Virus record (IMG/VR): IMGVR_UViG_3300027816_000051 | Span: 62,001-126,000 of that record | Direction: 5' to 3' (one strand) | DNA length: 64,000 bases | Shown: positions 1 to 9,527 of the stretch, in pieces | Layout: each line of letters begins with the position of its first letter | Numbering within the stretch: position 1 is the first letter of the stretch | Position numbers and translations under genes: made by a program | Notes under the pieces: generated by a model | Database searches by the model: none | Told to the model about the DNA's origin: nothing | What the model saw: the letters and a program-made list of their open reading frames with translations, nothing else

Positions 1-2304
1 ATTCTCACAATTCAAAGATGGGGTGAGTATACCAACAATTGGTCTTTTAGTGATGAAGATGGAAATATTAAGTTACCATTTATTGCTGTTGTAAGAAAAC
101 CTGAAGTTCAGTTAGGTACAAACCCATCTATTCAAAGAACTATTCCTGATAGAAGAGACTTTTTTTATGCATCGGTTCCGACTTGGGATGGAAATCAAAT
201 GGGTGCGGACATATACAAAATACCTCAACCAATTGCGGTTGATATTAGTTTTGATGTAACTATTGTTTGTACAAAATTTAGAGATATAAATAAGTTCAAT
301 CAAAAGGTTTTACAAAAGTTTTCATCTCGTCAAGCATACACTCGAGTAAAAGGTCATTATATCCCAATTGTATTAGATAGAATCGAAGATAATACTCCGA
401 TGGATACTTTAGATGGTAGAAGATTCTACATTCAAAATTACGGGTTTACAATGTTAGGATTCTTAATTGATGATGAAGAATTTGAAGTTTCTCCTGCAAT
501 TAACAGAAGTATTACCATGGTGGAACCCGATTTAAGGTCAATTCCATCTATAAAAAAAATTGAAAACTCAATAACAATATCATCAAATTATAGTAGTGGT
601 TCAATCGTTGCGGACTACACCGCAACCGCAACAAATAAGGTAGATAAGACGGTTGAAATTTCATTTACTGACACTTTATTAACTGTGACTGGTAGTTCAA
701 TATCAATTCCTGTTAAAATTTTTATTGAACCAAATCAATTAAGTGGTACTACACAATATACTGTCGATGGTACGTTTAGTAATTTAACTTTGGTTAATAA
801 TTTTAGTTCGGTAGATATTAATACGTCGTCTAAAACAAAATTTAGATATGATTTTACAACACAATCAACTTTTACAATACCAATAACACCGACCCCAACA
901 CCTTCAATAACACCATCTTCATCTGTAACACCATCAATAACCCCAACATCAACACCTACGGTTACCCCTACTTTAACCTCAACCTCTATTATCACCCCAA
1001 CCATAACTGTAACACCTTCAGTTACCCCCTCAGTAACACCGTCAATTACTCCGTCACTTACATCATCGGTTACACCAACCCCTACTTTAACCTCAACACC
1101 CACAGTTACCCCTTCGGTAACAATTGAGTCTTCACCGACACCATCACCAACTCAATCAGTAACACCATCCATTACTCCCAATAGTTCTGTCACACCATCG
1201 GCCACCCCAACACCATCATTGATGGTGGATGATAAACTATTAATTTCTGGTGGATTCTCATTATACAATGGCACATTATATAATGACATAATTAAATTAA
1301 ACTCAAATGGTTCAGTTGATAGTTCATTTAGCGGTGGAACCGGATTTGATAATTTCTTAGAAAATCACATAATATATAATAACAAAATTTACGGTGCGGG
1401 TTATTTTACAACATACAGTGGTGTATCGTCCAATTATATAATTAGATTAAACTTAGACGGTTCAATCGATAATACATTCAGTATCGGAACGGGATTCAAT
1501 AGTATCACAAAATTTGTTGTACCCCAATCTGATGGAAAACTATTAATCGGTGGATATTTTACATCATATAATGGCACGTCGGCGAATAAAATTATTAGGT
1601 TAAATTCTGACGGAACAATTGATAATACATTTAGTGGTTCAACGTCTACTACTTATGATGCAAACTCAACTGTTCAAGATGTTTCTTTACAATCAGATGG
1701 TAAAATGATTCTTTGTGGTAGTATGACCACAAGAAGAATTGAGAGACTTAATTCCGATAAGAGTCACGATTCTAGTTTTACAACTACAGTCGGTACGGGA
1801 TTTAATGCCTACACATACATGTCATCGGTACAATCAGATGGTAAGATTGTCGTTGGTGGAGATTTTACATCATATAGTGGAGTGACATCTAATAGAATAA
1901 TTAGATTAAATTCCGGAGGAACTATCGATGATACATTTATTATTGGAACCGGATTTAATAATAGTGTTTATTTTGTCTCGACTCTTTCAAGTGGTAAAAT
2001 AATGGTCGGGGGAGCTTTCACATCGTATAGTGGTGTAACATCTAATAGGATAGTTAGACTAAATTCTGATGGAACTATTGATAATACATTTAGTATTGGA
2101 ACCGGATTTAATAATCATGTACTCAGTATTGTTGTTCAAACAAATGGTAAAATACTAATTAGTGGTAATTTTACATCATATAACGGCACATCGGTAGGAA
2201 ACATTGTACGTTTATTTTCAGATGGAACTTTAGACACGACACTTAATACCGGTACAGGATTTGGTTCTGGAGCAACAATCACAACAGTAACCCCAATAAA
2301 TTAA
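1..2304 (+). CDS. 5'-truncated tail-completion/terminator-like (T4 gp15-like) protein fused to a Pro/Thr linker and a 7-repeat delta-60-type beta-propeller
   Basis: The frame is open from base 1 ([10 protein letters not shown]...), so the ORF-track start at 199 is internal. The gene lies upstream of the sheath gene. It has a TPS/TPT linker at about 880-1220, then seven repeats of the QSDGK-hhhGG-F-SY-G...RLNSDG-hD-TF type. The gp15-like call rests on position and fold-like pattern only. Confidence 0.6.
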   Translation: MLTIQRWGEYTNNWSFSDEDGNIKLPFIAVVRKPEVQLGTNPSIQRTIPDRRDFFYASVPTWDGNQMGADIYKIPQPIAVDISFDVTIVCTKFRDINKFNQKVLQKFSSRQAYTRVKGHYIPIVLDRIEDNTPMDTLDGRRFYIQNYGFTMLGFLIDDEEFEVSPAINRSITMVEPDLRSIPSIKKIENSITISSNYSSGSIVADYTATATNKVDKTVEISFTDTLLTVTGSSISIPVKIFIEPNQLSGTTQYTVDGTFSNLTLVNNFSSVDINTSSKTKFRYDFTTQSTFTIPITPTPTPSITPSSSVTPSITPTSTPTVTPTLTSTSIITPTITVTPSVTPSVTPSITPSLTSSVTPTPTLTSTPTVTPSVTIESSPTPSPTQSVTPSITPNSSVTPSATPTPSLMVDDKLLISGGFSLYNGTLYNDIIKLNSNGSVDSSFSGGTGFDNFLENHIIYNNKIYGAGYFTTYSGVSSNYIIRLNLDGSIDNTFSIGTGFNSITKFVVPQSDGKLLIGGYFTSYNGTSANKIIRLNSDGTIDNTFSGSTSTTYDANSTVQDVSLQSDGKMILCGSMTTRRIERLNSDKSHDSSFTTTVGTGFNAYTYMSSVQSDGKIVVGGDFTSYSGVTSNRIIRLNSGGTIDDTFIIGTGFNNSVYFVSTLSSGKIMVGGAFTSYSGVTSNRIVRLNSDGTIDNTFSIGTGFNNHVLSIVVQTNGKILISGNFTSYNGTSVGNIVRLFSDGTLDTTLNTGTGFGSGATITTVTPIN

Positions 2305-2309
2305 ACAAC

Positions 2310-2537
2310 ATGACAATACAAGAATTTTTATACGAAAAAACATTATCTCATATTGAAATATATGAAAATTTAATAATCAATTTGGTTGTTGATAATGACA
2401 TCTATGGTCTTAGTGTTGATACTAGTCATCTTGAATCATTATTGGTTTTAGAAAGAACTGACAATTTTATAATTGATGGTAATTTATTAATTTGTAATAA
2501 CATTACCGTTGATATGACGGAGATTAGTATGTTATAA
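2310..2537 (+). CDS. hypothetical protein (75 aa, acidic)
   Basis: ATG 5 nt after the upstream stop, A-rich leader, TAA stop. Confidence 0.6.
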   Translation: MTIQEFLYEKTLSHIEIYENLIINLVVDNDIYGLSVDTSHLESLLVLERTDNFIIDGNLLICNNITVDMTEISML

Positions 2538-2541
2538 AAAA

Positions 2542-2718
2542 TTAATCTCCATAGATATCTTTTTTCTTAGGTGAATCATTCACCTTTCCTGTTTTACAAA
2601 CTTCATCAATCCATTTCTGAACAACCTTATAAATTTTTAATCCATTTTTGTCGCAATATTCTTTTAACATTTGGTGGTGATTTTCACTAACCTTTATGTT
2701 TTTTAGGGTGTTTTTCAT
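2542..2718 (-). CDS. small ribbon-helix-helix-like DNA-binding protein (58 aa; absent from the ORF track)
   Basis: Manual translation gives MKNTLKNIKVSENHHQMLKEYCDKNGLKIYKVVQKWIDEVCKTGKVNDSPKKKDIYGD*. The pattern is a short strand (KNIKVS), helix, G turn, helix. It fills an otherwise empty gap and has TATTTAT 7 nt upstream on the minus strand. Confidence 0.7.
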   Translation of the reverse strand: MKNTLKNIKVSENHHQMLKEYCDKNGLKIYKVVQKWIDEVCKTGKVNDSPKKKDIYGD

Positions 2719-2725
2719 GATAAAG

Positions 2726-2816
2726 ATAAATATAGATACTAAAGGATAAATTAGTATCCATAAGTGCCATTTTTAAAAAAATCAAGGGAATCTTTGCTAA
2801 AAACAAAGATATTTAT
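2726..2816. promoter_or_regulatory. divergent promoter region with a TATTTAT motif on each strand and inverted repeats
   Basis: TATTTAT on - at 2726-2732 and on + at 2810-2816. Inverted repeats GATACTAA-N8-TTAGTATC (2735-2758) and ATCTTTG-N7-CAAAGAT (2790-2810). Confidence 0.5.
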
Positions 2817-2855
2817 TGATAAAGAAATAAAATTAATTAACCAAACAAATTAAAA

Positions 2856-5711
2856 ATGGCAAATTCAAATAGAGTTTTTGTATCTCCGGGTGTATATACA
2901 TCTGAAAAAGACTTAACATTCGTAGCACAAAGTGTTGGTGTGAGCACATTAGGTTTGGTGGGTGAAACCTTAAAAGGTCCCGCTTTTGAACCTGTATTAA
3001 TAACTAATTTTGACGAATTCAAGTCATATTTTGGGGGAACAAGTCCGTTAAAAGACAACAATAACAATCCAAAATATGAATTACCTTATTTCGCAAAATC
3101 TTATTTAGAAGAATCTAACCAAATGTTTGTAACAAGAATATTAGGTTTAACGGGTTATTTACCTGTCAAAACTTATGGTGTTAAAACAATTGGTGGGGTT
3201 ACATTGGGGGCTCTTAGTGGAACAACCACAAGTTTAACAATGTCAGCATCGACCACAACAATTACAGCAAGTACGATTTATAGTGAACTATCAGATAAAA
3301 TATCTGTAGATGGAAATTATATTACAGAATATATTGTAGCAAACTTTAGTGGTAACACATCATCTAACCATGGACAATGGTTTGTGATGGGTGAAGTACC
3401 AACTTCAGGAACAAGTGGTCAAACATCATCACTTGAAGAAGTTTCTCCTTTAACAGGTTTGAATAACGCAAGTAATTACAACAATAAGGAATGGTTCAAT
3501 AAACTTTGTAACACCACAGGTTCTGAAGTATATTCTTACTTATTTGTTTATAACAGCGGTGCGAGTAGATTTGATGTGACTAAGTACACATACTATGGAA
3601 CATTGAACACGGCGTATGATGGACAAGTGGTTTTAGCGTTCAGACCAAGAGGTTCTTACAATGGACAAACATTAAACTTGGAAACTACCGCAGATGTAAA
3701 TTTTGTGGTTACAGGTTCAGGAATCACTACAAATCCATTAGCTGAATTTACAGTTAATGTTACAGGTTCAACAAGTGGACCAAAATCATTCACTTGTAGT
3801 ATGGACTCTTCGTCATCAAAATATGTAACAAAAGTTTTTGGTACCGATGTTTATGACAAATTAAAAAGTGATGTACCTGTGTATGTTTTTGAATCTTATC
3901 CAAATTACTTACAAAGAGCATATGAACAAGGTTTAATTAGAGGTTTAAGTTTAACAGAAGTTTTCGAACATGTTGGTAACGACTTTAAAACATCTTGGGA
4001 TACCCCAATGACACCAACTGTTGTATCAGAGGTTAGAGGTGGTGAAGTTGATGATTTATTTGATGTAATCACAGTATCAGATGGTGATTCTGCAAACTAC
4101 GAAGTAAAAGTTTCAATTATTAATATTGATGTAAACACTGGTGACTTTGACTTAATCGTTAGAGACTTTAATGATACAGACGATAATTTAGTTGTACTTG
4201 AAAAATTTGGTAGATGTAATATGAATCCAGATTTACCAGGATATGTTGCTAAAAAAGTTGGTACATCTGATGGTGAATATGAATTACGTTCAAGATACAT
4301 TATGTTGTCAATGGCTGATAATCACCCAACCGACGCATATCCTGCAGGATTTAAAGGATTTACAAACAACACATCTTTTGGTTCAAGTACTTTAGGTTCG
4401 GTGATGTACAAGACTACATTCTATAACGCTGGTGATACTACATCTTATCAAGCCGATGGAACACCTGTTTTATCTTCAGGTGACAAAGTAAGAAGAACAT
4501 ACTTTGGTTTATCAAGTCCAACAAACGCAGTAACATACGATAGAGACTTGTTTAAATTCAAAGGAACATCAGCAGCTGGAACAACTAAGGGTTTCCACTT
4601 ATCAACAAACGCATCTACAATCACAGGAACAACCTTCTTAACCACGTCGTATGATTTAGAGGGTCAAACAGGTGGAGCGAATAACGTATTAACAAATATC
4701 AATTATCGTAAATTCACATTCGCAGCGGCTGGTGGATTTGACGGTTGGGATATCTACAGAAATGTGAGAACCTACGGTGATGGATACATCTTTGGTAAAA
4801 ATACTTACACAAGTGGTAACACTAATAATGGTGGTGTATTTAGTACAGTATCAGGAAACTCTGACTACTACGCTTACACTCAAGGTATTGATACCTTCGC
4901 AAACCCTGAAGCTGTTGATGTAAACATCTTCGCAACACCAGGTATCAACTTCTATGACCACAGTTCATTAACATCTTACGCAATTGATATGATTGAAGAA
5001 GATAGAGCGGATTCACTTTATGTGATTTCATCACCAAACTACGGTACAGCGGATGAAGTAATAGACGCTTTGGACGGCGTAGCAATTGATAGTAACTACT
5101 CAGCGGTTTACTGGCCTTGGATTCAAGTTAGAGACGCAGACAACGCTACACAATTATACTTACCACCAACAGGTGAAGTATTGAGAAATATAGCATTAAC
5201 AGATAACGTATCTTTCCCTTGGTTCGCGGTAGCGGGTTATTCAAGAGGTTTAGTAAACTCAATCAAAGCTTATAAGAAATTAACTTTGGATGAGAGAGAT
5301 GACCTTTACAAAGCGAGAATTAACCCTATCGCAACATTTGCGGATACCGGTACAATCATTTGGGGTAATAAAACACTTCAAGTACGTGAATCAGCTTTGG
5401 ATAGAATTAACGTAAGAAGATTACTGTTAAGAGCAAGAAAATTAATTTCAGCAGTAGCGGTAAGATTGTTATTTGAACAAAACGACGAACAAGTTCGTAA
5501 TGAGTTTTTGAGATTGGTTAACCCGATATTAGACGCAATTAAGAGAGAAAGAGGTTTGTATGAATTCCGTGTAACGGTTTCCAACGACCCTGAAGATATT
5601 GACGCTAATACTTTGAGAGGTAAAATTTACATTAAACCAACAAGAGCTCTTGAATTTATCGATGTTGAATTCATAATCACACCAACAGGAGCATCATTTG
5701 ATAATATCTAA
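2856..5711 (+). CDS. contractile tail sheath protein (T4 gp18-like)
   Basis: N-terminal VSPGVYTSEKD and GETLKGPAFEP. C-terminal YWPW, PWFAVAG, INPIATF, IWGNKTLQ, LDRINVRRLL, FEQND and IYIKPTRALEFI motifs, all typical of sheath proteins. Confidence 0.95.
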   Translation: MANSNRVFVSPGVYTSEKDLTFVAQSVGVSTLGLVGETLKGPAFEPVLITNFDEFKSYFGGTSPLKDNNNNPKYELPYFAKSYLEESNQMFVTRILGLTGYLPVKTYGVKTIGGVTLGALSGTTTSLTMSASTTTITASTIYSELSDKISVDGNYITEYIVANFSGNTSSNHGQWFVMGEVPTSGTSGQTSSLEEVSPLTGLNNASNYNNKEWFNKLCNTTGSEVYSYLFVYNSGASRFDVTKYTYYGTLNTAYDGQVVLAFRPRGSYNGQTLNLETTADVNFVVTGSGITTNPLAEFTVNVTGSTSGPKSFTCSMDSSSSKYVTKVFGTDVYDKLKSDVPVYVFESYPNYLQRAYEQGLIRGLSLTEVFEHVGNDFKTSWDTPMTPTVVSEVRGGEVDDLFDVITVSDGDSANYEVKVSIINIDVNTGDFDLIVRDFNDTDDNLVVLEKFGRCNMNPDLPGYVAKKVGTSDGEYELRSRYIMLSMADNHPTDAYPAGFKGFTNNTSFGSSTLGSVMYKTTFYNAGDTTSYQADGTPVLSSGDKVRRTYFGLSSPTNAVTYDRDLFKFKGTSAAGTTKGFHLSTNASTITGTTFLTTSYDLEGQTGGANNVLTNINYRKFTFAAAGGFDGWDIYRNVRTYGDGYIFGKNTYTSGNTNNGGVFSTVSGNSDYYAYTQGIDTFANPEAVDVNIFATPGINFYDHSSLTSYAIDMIEEDRADSLYVISSPNYGTADEVIDALDGVAIDSNYSAVYWPWIQVRDADNATQLYLPPTGEVLRNIALTDNVSFPWFAVAGYSRGLVNSIKAYKKLTLDERDDLYKARINPIATFADTGTIIWGNKTLQVRESALDRINVRRLLLRARKLISAVAVRLLFEQNDEQVRNEFLRLVNPILDAIKRERGLYEFRVTVSNDPEDIDANTLRGKIYIKPTRALEFIDVEFIITPTGASFDNI

Positions 5712-5717
5712 TAAAAA

Positions 5718-5742
5718 GGGGAGGGGAAACCCTCCCTATTTT
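5718..5742 (+). terminator. intrinsic terminator after the sheath gene
   Basis: GGGAGGG-GAAA-CCCTCCC hairpin followed by TATTTT and preceded by an A run. Confidence 0.75.
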
Positions 5743-5743
5743 A

Positions 5744-5759
5744 TGTTCCACGTGGAACA
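5744..5759. promoter_or_regulatory. parS-type centromere palindrome
   Basis: TGTTCCACGTGGAACA is a perfect 16-bp palindrome (18 bp with flanks). It matches the bacterial chromosomal parS consensus TGTTNCACGTGNAACA and is intergenic. Confidence 0.75.
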
Positions 5760-5839
5760 TTATAATATAGTGTGACCTACGGAATTACCAAATATAAAAA
5801 AAATAAAATTATAAATTACCCAGTATATGCACCAGTATT

Positions 5840-5936
5840 CTAGTTCTAGTTCTAGTTTATTTTTATCTAGTTTATTTCTTTATAGTTATTCTAGTTTCTT
5901 TAATCTAGTTCTTAATTTACTAGCATCTAGTACTAG
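5840..5936. repeat. CTAG/TCTAGT short-repeat array in a T-skewed non-coding tract
   Basis: CTAG occurs at 5840, 5846, 5852, 5867, 5891, 5905, 5920, 5927 and 5933 (9 copies in 97 bp). I found no credible ORF on either strand. Confidence 0.85.
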
Positions 5937-5943
5937 TATGGAA

Positions 5944-5972
5944 AAAATACGAAATAATTTTCACAAAATCAA
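5944..5972 (-). promoter_or_regulatory. candidate sigma70-like promoter pointing into the CTAG array
   Basis: The minus strand reads TTGATT-N17-TATTTT (cttgattttgtgaaaattatttcgtattttt). Confidence 0.35.
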
Positions 5973-6059
5973 GTATTGAGAAGATTTTTTTTGTTTTTTC
6001 ATATACAACATATTTATAAGAAAGATTAAAAATAAAAAAATTAAAAAACAAATATTGAC

Positions 6060-6548
6060 ATGGCAGATTTATTAATGAAAATGCCGGTTCCTTACGAACC
6101 GAAGAGAGTTAACCGATTCATACTTAGATTCCCATCATCATTGGGTATTAACGAGTGGTACGTAACCTCAAGTGCAAGACCTAGTGCAAAAATTAACTCA
6201 GTTGCAATTCCTTTCATCAACACATCAACATACGTAGCTGGTAGATTTGAATGGAATGAAATAAGAGTAACCTTCAAAGACCCTATTGGTCCTTCAGCGG
6301 CACAAGCATTGATGGAGTGGTTCCGTCTACACGCTGAATCAGTTACAGGTCGTATGGGTTACGCAGCTGGTTACAAAAAAGATATTGAATTAGAAATGTT
6401 AGACCCAACGGGGGTTGTGGTTGAAAAATGGATACTTCAAGGTTCTTTCATAACCGACTTAAACTTTAACGAACTTGATTATTCAAGAGATGATATTGCA
6501 TCTATCACATGTTCGTTAAGAATGGATAGATGTATATTAGTTTACTAA
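6060..6548 (+). CDS. tail tube protein (T4 gp19-like)
   Basis: 162 aa, directly after the sheath gene. Motifs include EPKRVNRF, YVAGRFEW, YKKDIELEMLDPTGVVVEKW and ELDYS. Confidence 0.92.
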   Translation: MADLLMKMPVPYEPKRVNRFILRFPSSLGINEWYVTSSARPSAKINSVAIPFINTSTYVAGRFEWNEIRVTFKDPIGPSAAQALMEWFRLHAESVTGRMGYAAGYKKDIELEMLDPTGVVVEKWILQGSFITDLNFNELDYSRDDIASITCSLRMDRCILVY

Positions 6549-6573
6549 TCAAATAATAAAAAATCTGTCAATA

Positions 6574-6607
6574 AAAGGTCTCTCAAAAGGAGACCTTTAC
6601 TTTTTTT
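6574..6607 (+). terminator. intrinsic terminator after the tube gene
   Basis: AAAGGTCTC-N7-GAGACCTTT stem followed by a T7 run. Confidence 0.75.
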
Positions 6608-6649
6608 ATAAGTTTTTGTAAATTATACTAGTTATTAAATAAAACAAAT

Positions 6650-7399
6650 ATGGAAGAATTTAGAGTCGACCCAACAATCGCTTATGATGTTGTTGAACTA
6701 CCTTCAAGAGGTATACACTATCAAAATAAAAAGAAATCACTTAAAGTTGCATACTTAACGGCTGCGGATGAAAATATTTTATCCGCGCAAAATTTAATTG
6801 CGACAAATGGTGTAATTGATGAATTACTTAGAAGAAAAATATTAGATAGAGATATTCAAATTGAAGACATTGTTGAAGAAGATAGACAAGCAGTGTTAAT
6901 ATTTTTAAGAAACACCGCTTTTGGTCCCGAATATAAATTTTATTTAACTGACCCAAAAACTGAAAAGGATTTTGAGATTTCTGTTGATATGAGTGAATTA
7001 AAATTCAAAGATTTTAATTTAGAATCAGATTCAAACGGTGAATATCCATATTTTATGGAAAAATCAAAAGTTCAAATCACATTTAAATTTTTAACACCAA
7101 AACAAGAGAAAGAACTTGATGATTTAAGAAAGAGTTGGAATGGTCAAGGTGTTGCACCTGTTGTCACCAAACAATTAGAAATGATGATTAAGTCTGTTGC
7201 CGGCAATAGAGATATGATGAACATACATAATTTTGTTGAGAGATTACCAATTAAAGACTCTCAAGATTTCAGAAAATTTCTAAAAGAAAATAAACCAGGA
7301 TTAGATTTAACAAAAACAGTAAAAACCCCGTCAGGAGAAGACACCCAAGTTGAAATTGGGTTCGGGGTTGAGTTTTTTCGCCCTTTCTATGGCTTATAA
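6650..7399 (+). CDS. baseplate hub assembly / tail assembly chaperone (T4 gp26-like)
   Basis: VELPSRG, LTAADENIL, DRQAVLIFLR and PGLDL motifs with a C-terminal FF(R)P. Located between tube and tape measure genes. Confidence 0.75.
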   Translation: MEEFRVDPTIAYDVVELPSRGIHYQNKKKSLKVAYLTAADENILSAQNLIATNGVIDELLRRKILDRDIQIEDIVEEDRQAVLIFLRNTAFGPEYKFYLTDPKTEKDFEISVDMSELKFKDFNLESDSNGEYPYFMEKSKVQITFKFLTPKQEKELDDLRKSWNGQGVAPVVTKQLEMMIKSVAGNRDMMNIHNFVERLPIKDSQDFRKFLKENKPGLDLTKTVKTPSGEDTQVEIGFGVEFFRPFYGL

Positions 7400-7532
7400 G
7401 AAAGGACAGTTAGACGAAATTTTATTTTTAATCAAAAGAGGTTTTAGTTATGGTGACATTATCACCATGCCAGTTTTCATACGTAGATATTACGTGGAGT
7501 ACATTATTGAATTAGAAAACACTCCTAAATAA
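7389..7532 (+). CDS. small chaperone partner (T4 gp51-like / GT-like C-terminal segment)
   Basis: MAYKKGQLDEILFLIKRGFSYGDIITMPVFIRRYYVEYIIE has the FSY-D---MP---R pattern seen in such chaperones. It overlaps the end of the upstream ORF in the +1 frame, which is open from at least 7350. The ATG is at 7389. Confidence 0.6.
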   Translation: MAYKKGQLDEILFLIKRGFSYGDIITMPVFIRRYYVEYIIELENTPK

Positions 7533-7543
7533 TATTTATTGAT

Positions 7544-9499
7544 ATGACAATTAACGAAGAAGTATCCAAATTAAGAGCAGGTTTAAATTATACTCAATTC
7601 AAAAACGAGTTCTTGAAATTTGAATCCGTGAAGAATAACAGTTCTTTAATGGGTCAAGTAGATACTTATTGGTCATTTTATAATCAAAAAGAACCATCAA
7701 GTGGAGGAAATACAGGAAGTGGTGGTAGTAAAACAGCCGCTTTTGCTACAGACCTACTTAAAACTCAAAATATTGCGGACTTAGGGTATTCAAACCCCGT
7801 TTCATCATTATCATTATCAAAAGATACTGTATTCCAATTTAGTACCATATCTGAAACAATAGGTAAAATTGCAAGAGAATCAAAAAATCTACCTGATTTT
7901 ATGGTTCAATTAGGTGTTAAAGGCGCCAAAGAGATGGTATCTTTTCTTGGTGATGAATTAATAAAAATACAAACACAAGAAGTAGAGTTAAGAAATAAAA
8001 TTAATTCTGAACTTGGATTAACAGGTGAATTATCAAGAGAATTTAGAAACAATATATTTGAAACATTACCAGCCGCTACCGCTATGGGATTTGGATTTGA
8101 GGATGTAAAAGATTATGCGGTACAAATGGTTGAACAAACAGGTAAGATGACAACATTTGGTAGTGATGTTTTACAAGAATCACAAAAAACCGCTAGAGCT
8201 TTTTACGGTGATTTATCTAAATTGGGAGCTGCACTGGATTCGTTTGAAAAAGTAGGTATTGGAGCAAAAGACGCAATCAAAGAAATTGACAGGGCGGGTA
8301 AAAGTTCATTAACTCTTGGTTTAAACGCGAGAAAGGTGGTAGCAGATGTTGGTGCTAATATGGACAAATTAAACACTATTGGATTTAAAAATGGTGTTGA
8401 GGGATTAACCAGAATGGTTCAGAAGTCTATTGAATTTAACATGAACATTGAAAAGGTTAAATCAATGGCGGAGAAACTTTTTGACCCCGACCAAGCAATT
8501 GCGTTGTCCGCAGAATTACAAGCTATAGGTGGAGCGATTGGAGATTTCAACGACCCATTGAAACTAATGTATATGGCAACAAATGATGCCGGTGGTCTAC
8601 AAGATGCGATGATAGGTGTTGCGGGTTCATTAGCGACATATAATTCCGAATTAGGTAGATTTGAAATTACAGGTGCAAACTTAAGAAAATCTAAAGCTTT
8701 AGCTGACCAAATGGGTATGAGTATGGAGGAAATGTCCAAAACCGCAATTAAAGCTGCGGAAAGGTCATCGGCGGCTACCGCGTTATTATCCTCAGGTTTA
8801 CAAATAGATGAAAAAGAAAAAGAATTCTTAACCAATATCTCCAAAATGGAAGGTGGTAGAATGGTTATAGATATTCCTCAATCTTTAGCAGATAAGATGG
8901 GATTAAAAGATACCAAAGTCGCTTTGGATGAACTAAATCCTACGATTGCAAAAGGGTTATTGGAGAATCAAAAAGCGTTTGAAGAAATGTCTGTTGAGGA
9001 TATTGCGAGAGACCAATACACGGTAACTCAAAATATGCAAAAAGACATAAGTGCGTTATTGACGGTTGCTAAAGTACAAGCCGCCGCAGAAATAAGAAAA
9101 CCTCTGGCTGAGTTTGACAAATACATTGAAGGTTTAGAATTATCTAGAAATTTAAAAGAAAAGACAAGTTTAGGTGGTTTACAAAAAACAGACGAAGGTT
9201 TATTTTCCAAAATGGTTAGCGAAGCGGTTGCACCTGCTAAAGCTTTAGTTGCTAAAAGTATGGGTGTGAGTGAATCTGATTTAGAGAACAGATTAAAAGG
9301 AAAAGAATCATCTACCACACCAACAACTTCAACAGTAAATGTTAACCATACACATACTGTTAAATCAGACGGAGCCGTTGTTGATAATGTTGTTAGGGCG
9401 ATTAATAATAGTCCATCATTGGCTAATGATATGTCTCAAAGTTTTATACCATCGGATTTAGATTACACATCTTTTACCTTACCACCTCAATTTAATTAA
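7544..9499 (+). CDS. putative tape measure protein
   Basis: 651 aa, helical and Ala/Gly/Lys/Glu/Met-rich. Follows the chaperone pair and precedes the baseplate genes. Confidence 0.7.
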   Translation: MTINEEVSKLRAGLNYTQFKNEFLKFESVKNNSSLMGQVDTYWSFYNQKEPSSGGNTGSGGSKTAAFATDLLKTQNIADLGYSNPVSSLSLSKDTVFQFSTISETIGKIARESKNLPDFMVQLGVKGAKEMVSFLGDELIKIQTQEVELRNKINSELGLTGELSREFRNNIFETLPAATAMGFGFEDVKDYAVQMVEQTGKMTTFGSDVLQESQKTARAFYGDLSKLGAALDSFEKVGIGAKDAIKEIDRAGKSSLTLGLNARKVVADVGANMDKLNTIGFKNGVEGLTRMVQKSIEFNMNIEKVKSMAEKLFDPDQAIALSAELQAIGGAIGDFNDPLKLMYMATNDAGGLQDAMIGVAGSLATYNSELGRFEITGANLRKSKALADQMGMSMEEMSKTAIKAAERSSAATALLSSGLQIDEKEKEFLTNISKMEGGRMVIDIPQSLADKMGLKDTKVALDELNPTIAKGLLENQKAFEEMSVEDIARDQYTVTQNMQKDISALLTVAKVQAAAEIRKPLAEFDKYIEGLELSRNLKEKTSLGGLQKTDEGLFSKMVSEAVAPAKALVAKSMGVSESDLENRLKGKESSTTPTTSTVNVNHTHTVKSDGAVVDNVVRAINNSPSLANDMSQSFIPSDLDYTSFTLPPQFN

Positions 9500-9527
9500 A
9501 ATTAAAAAGTTTCTATTTATAATATAA

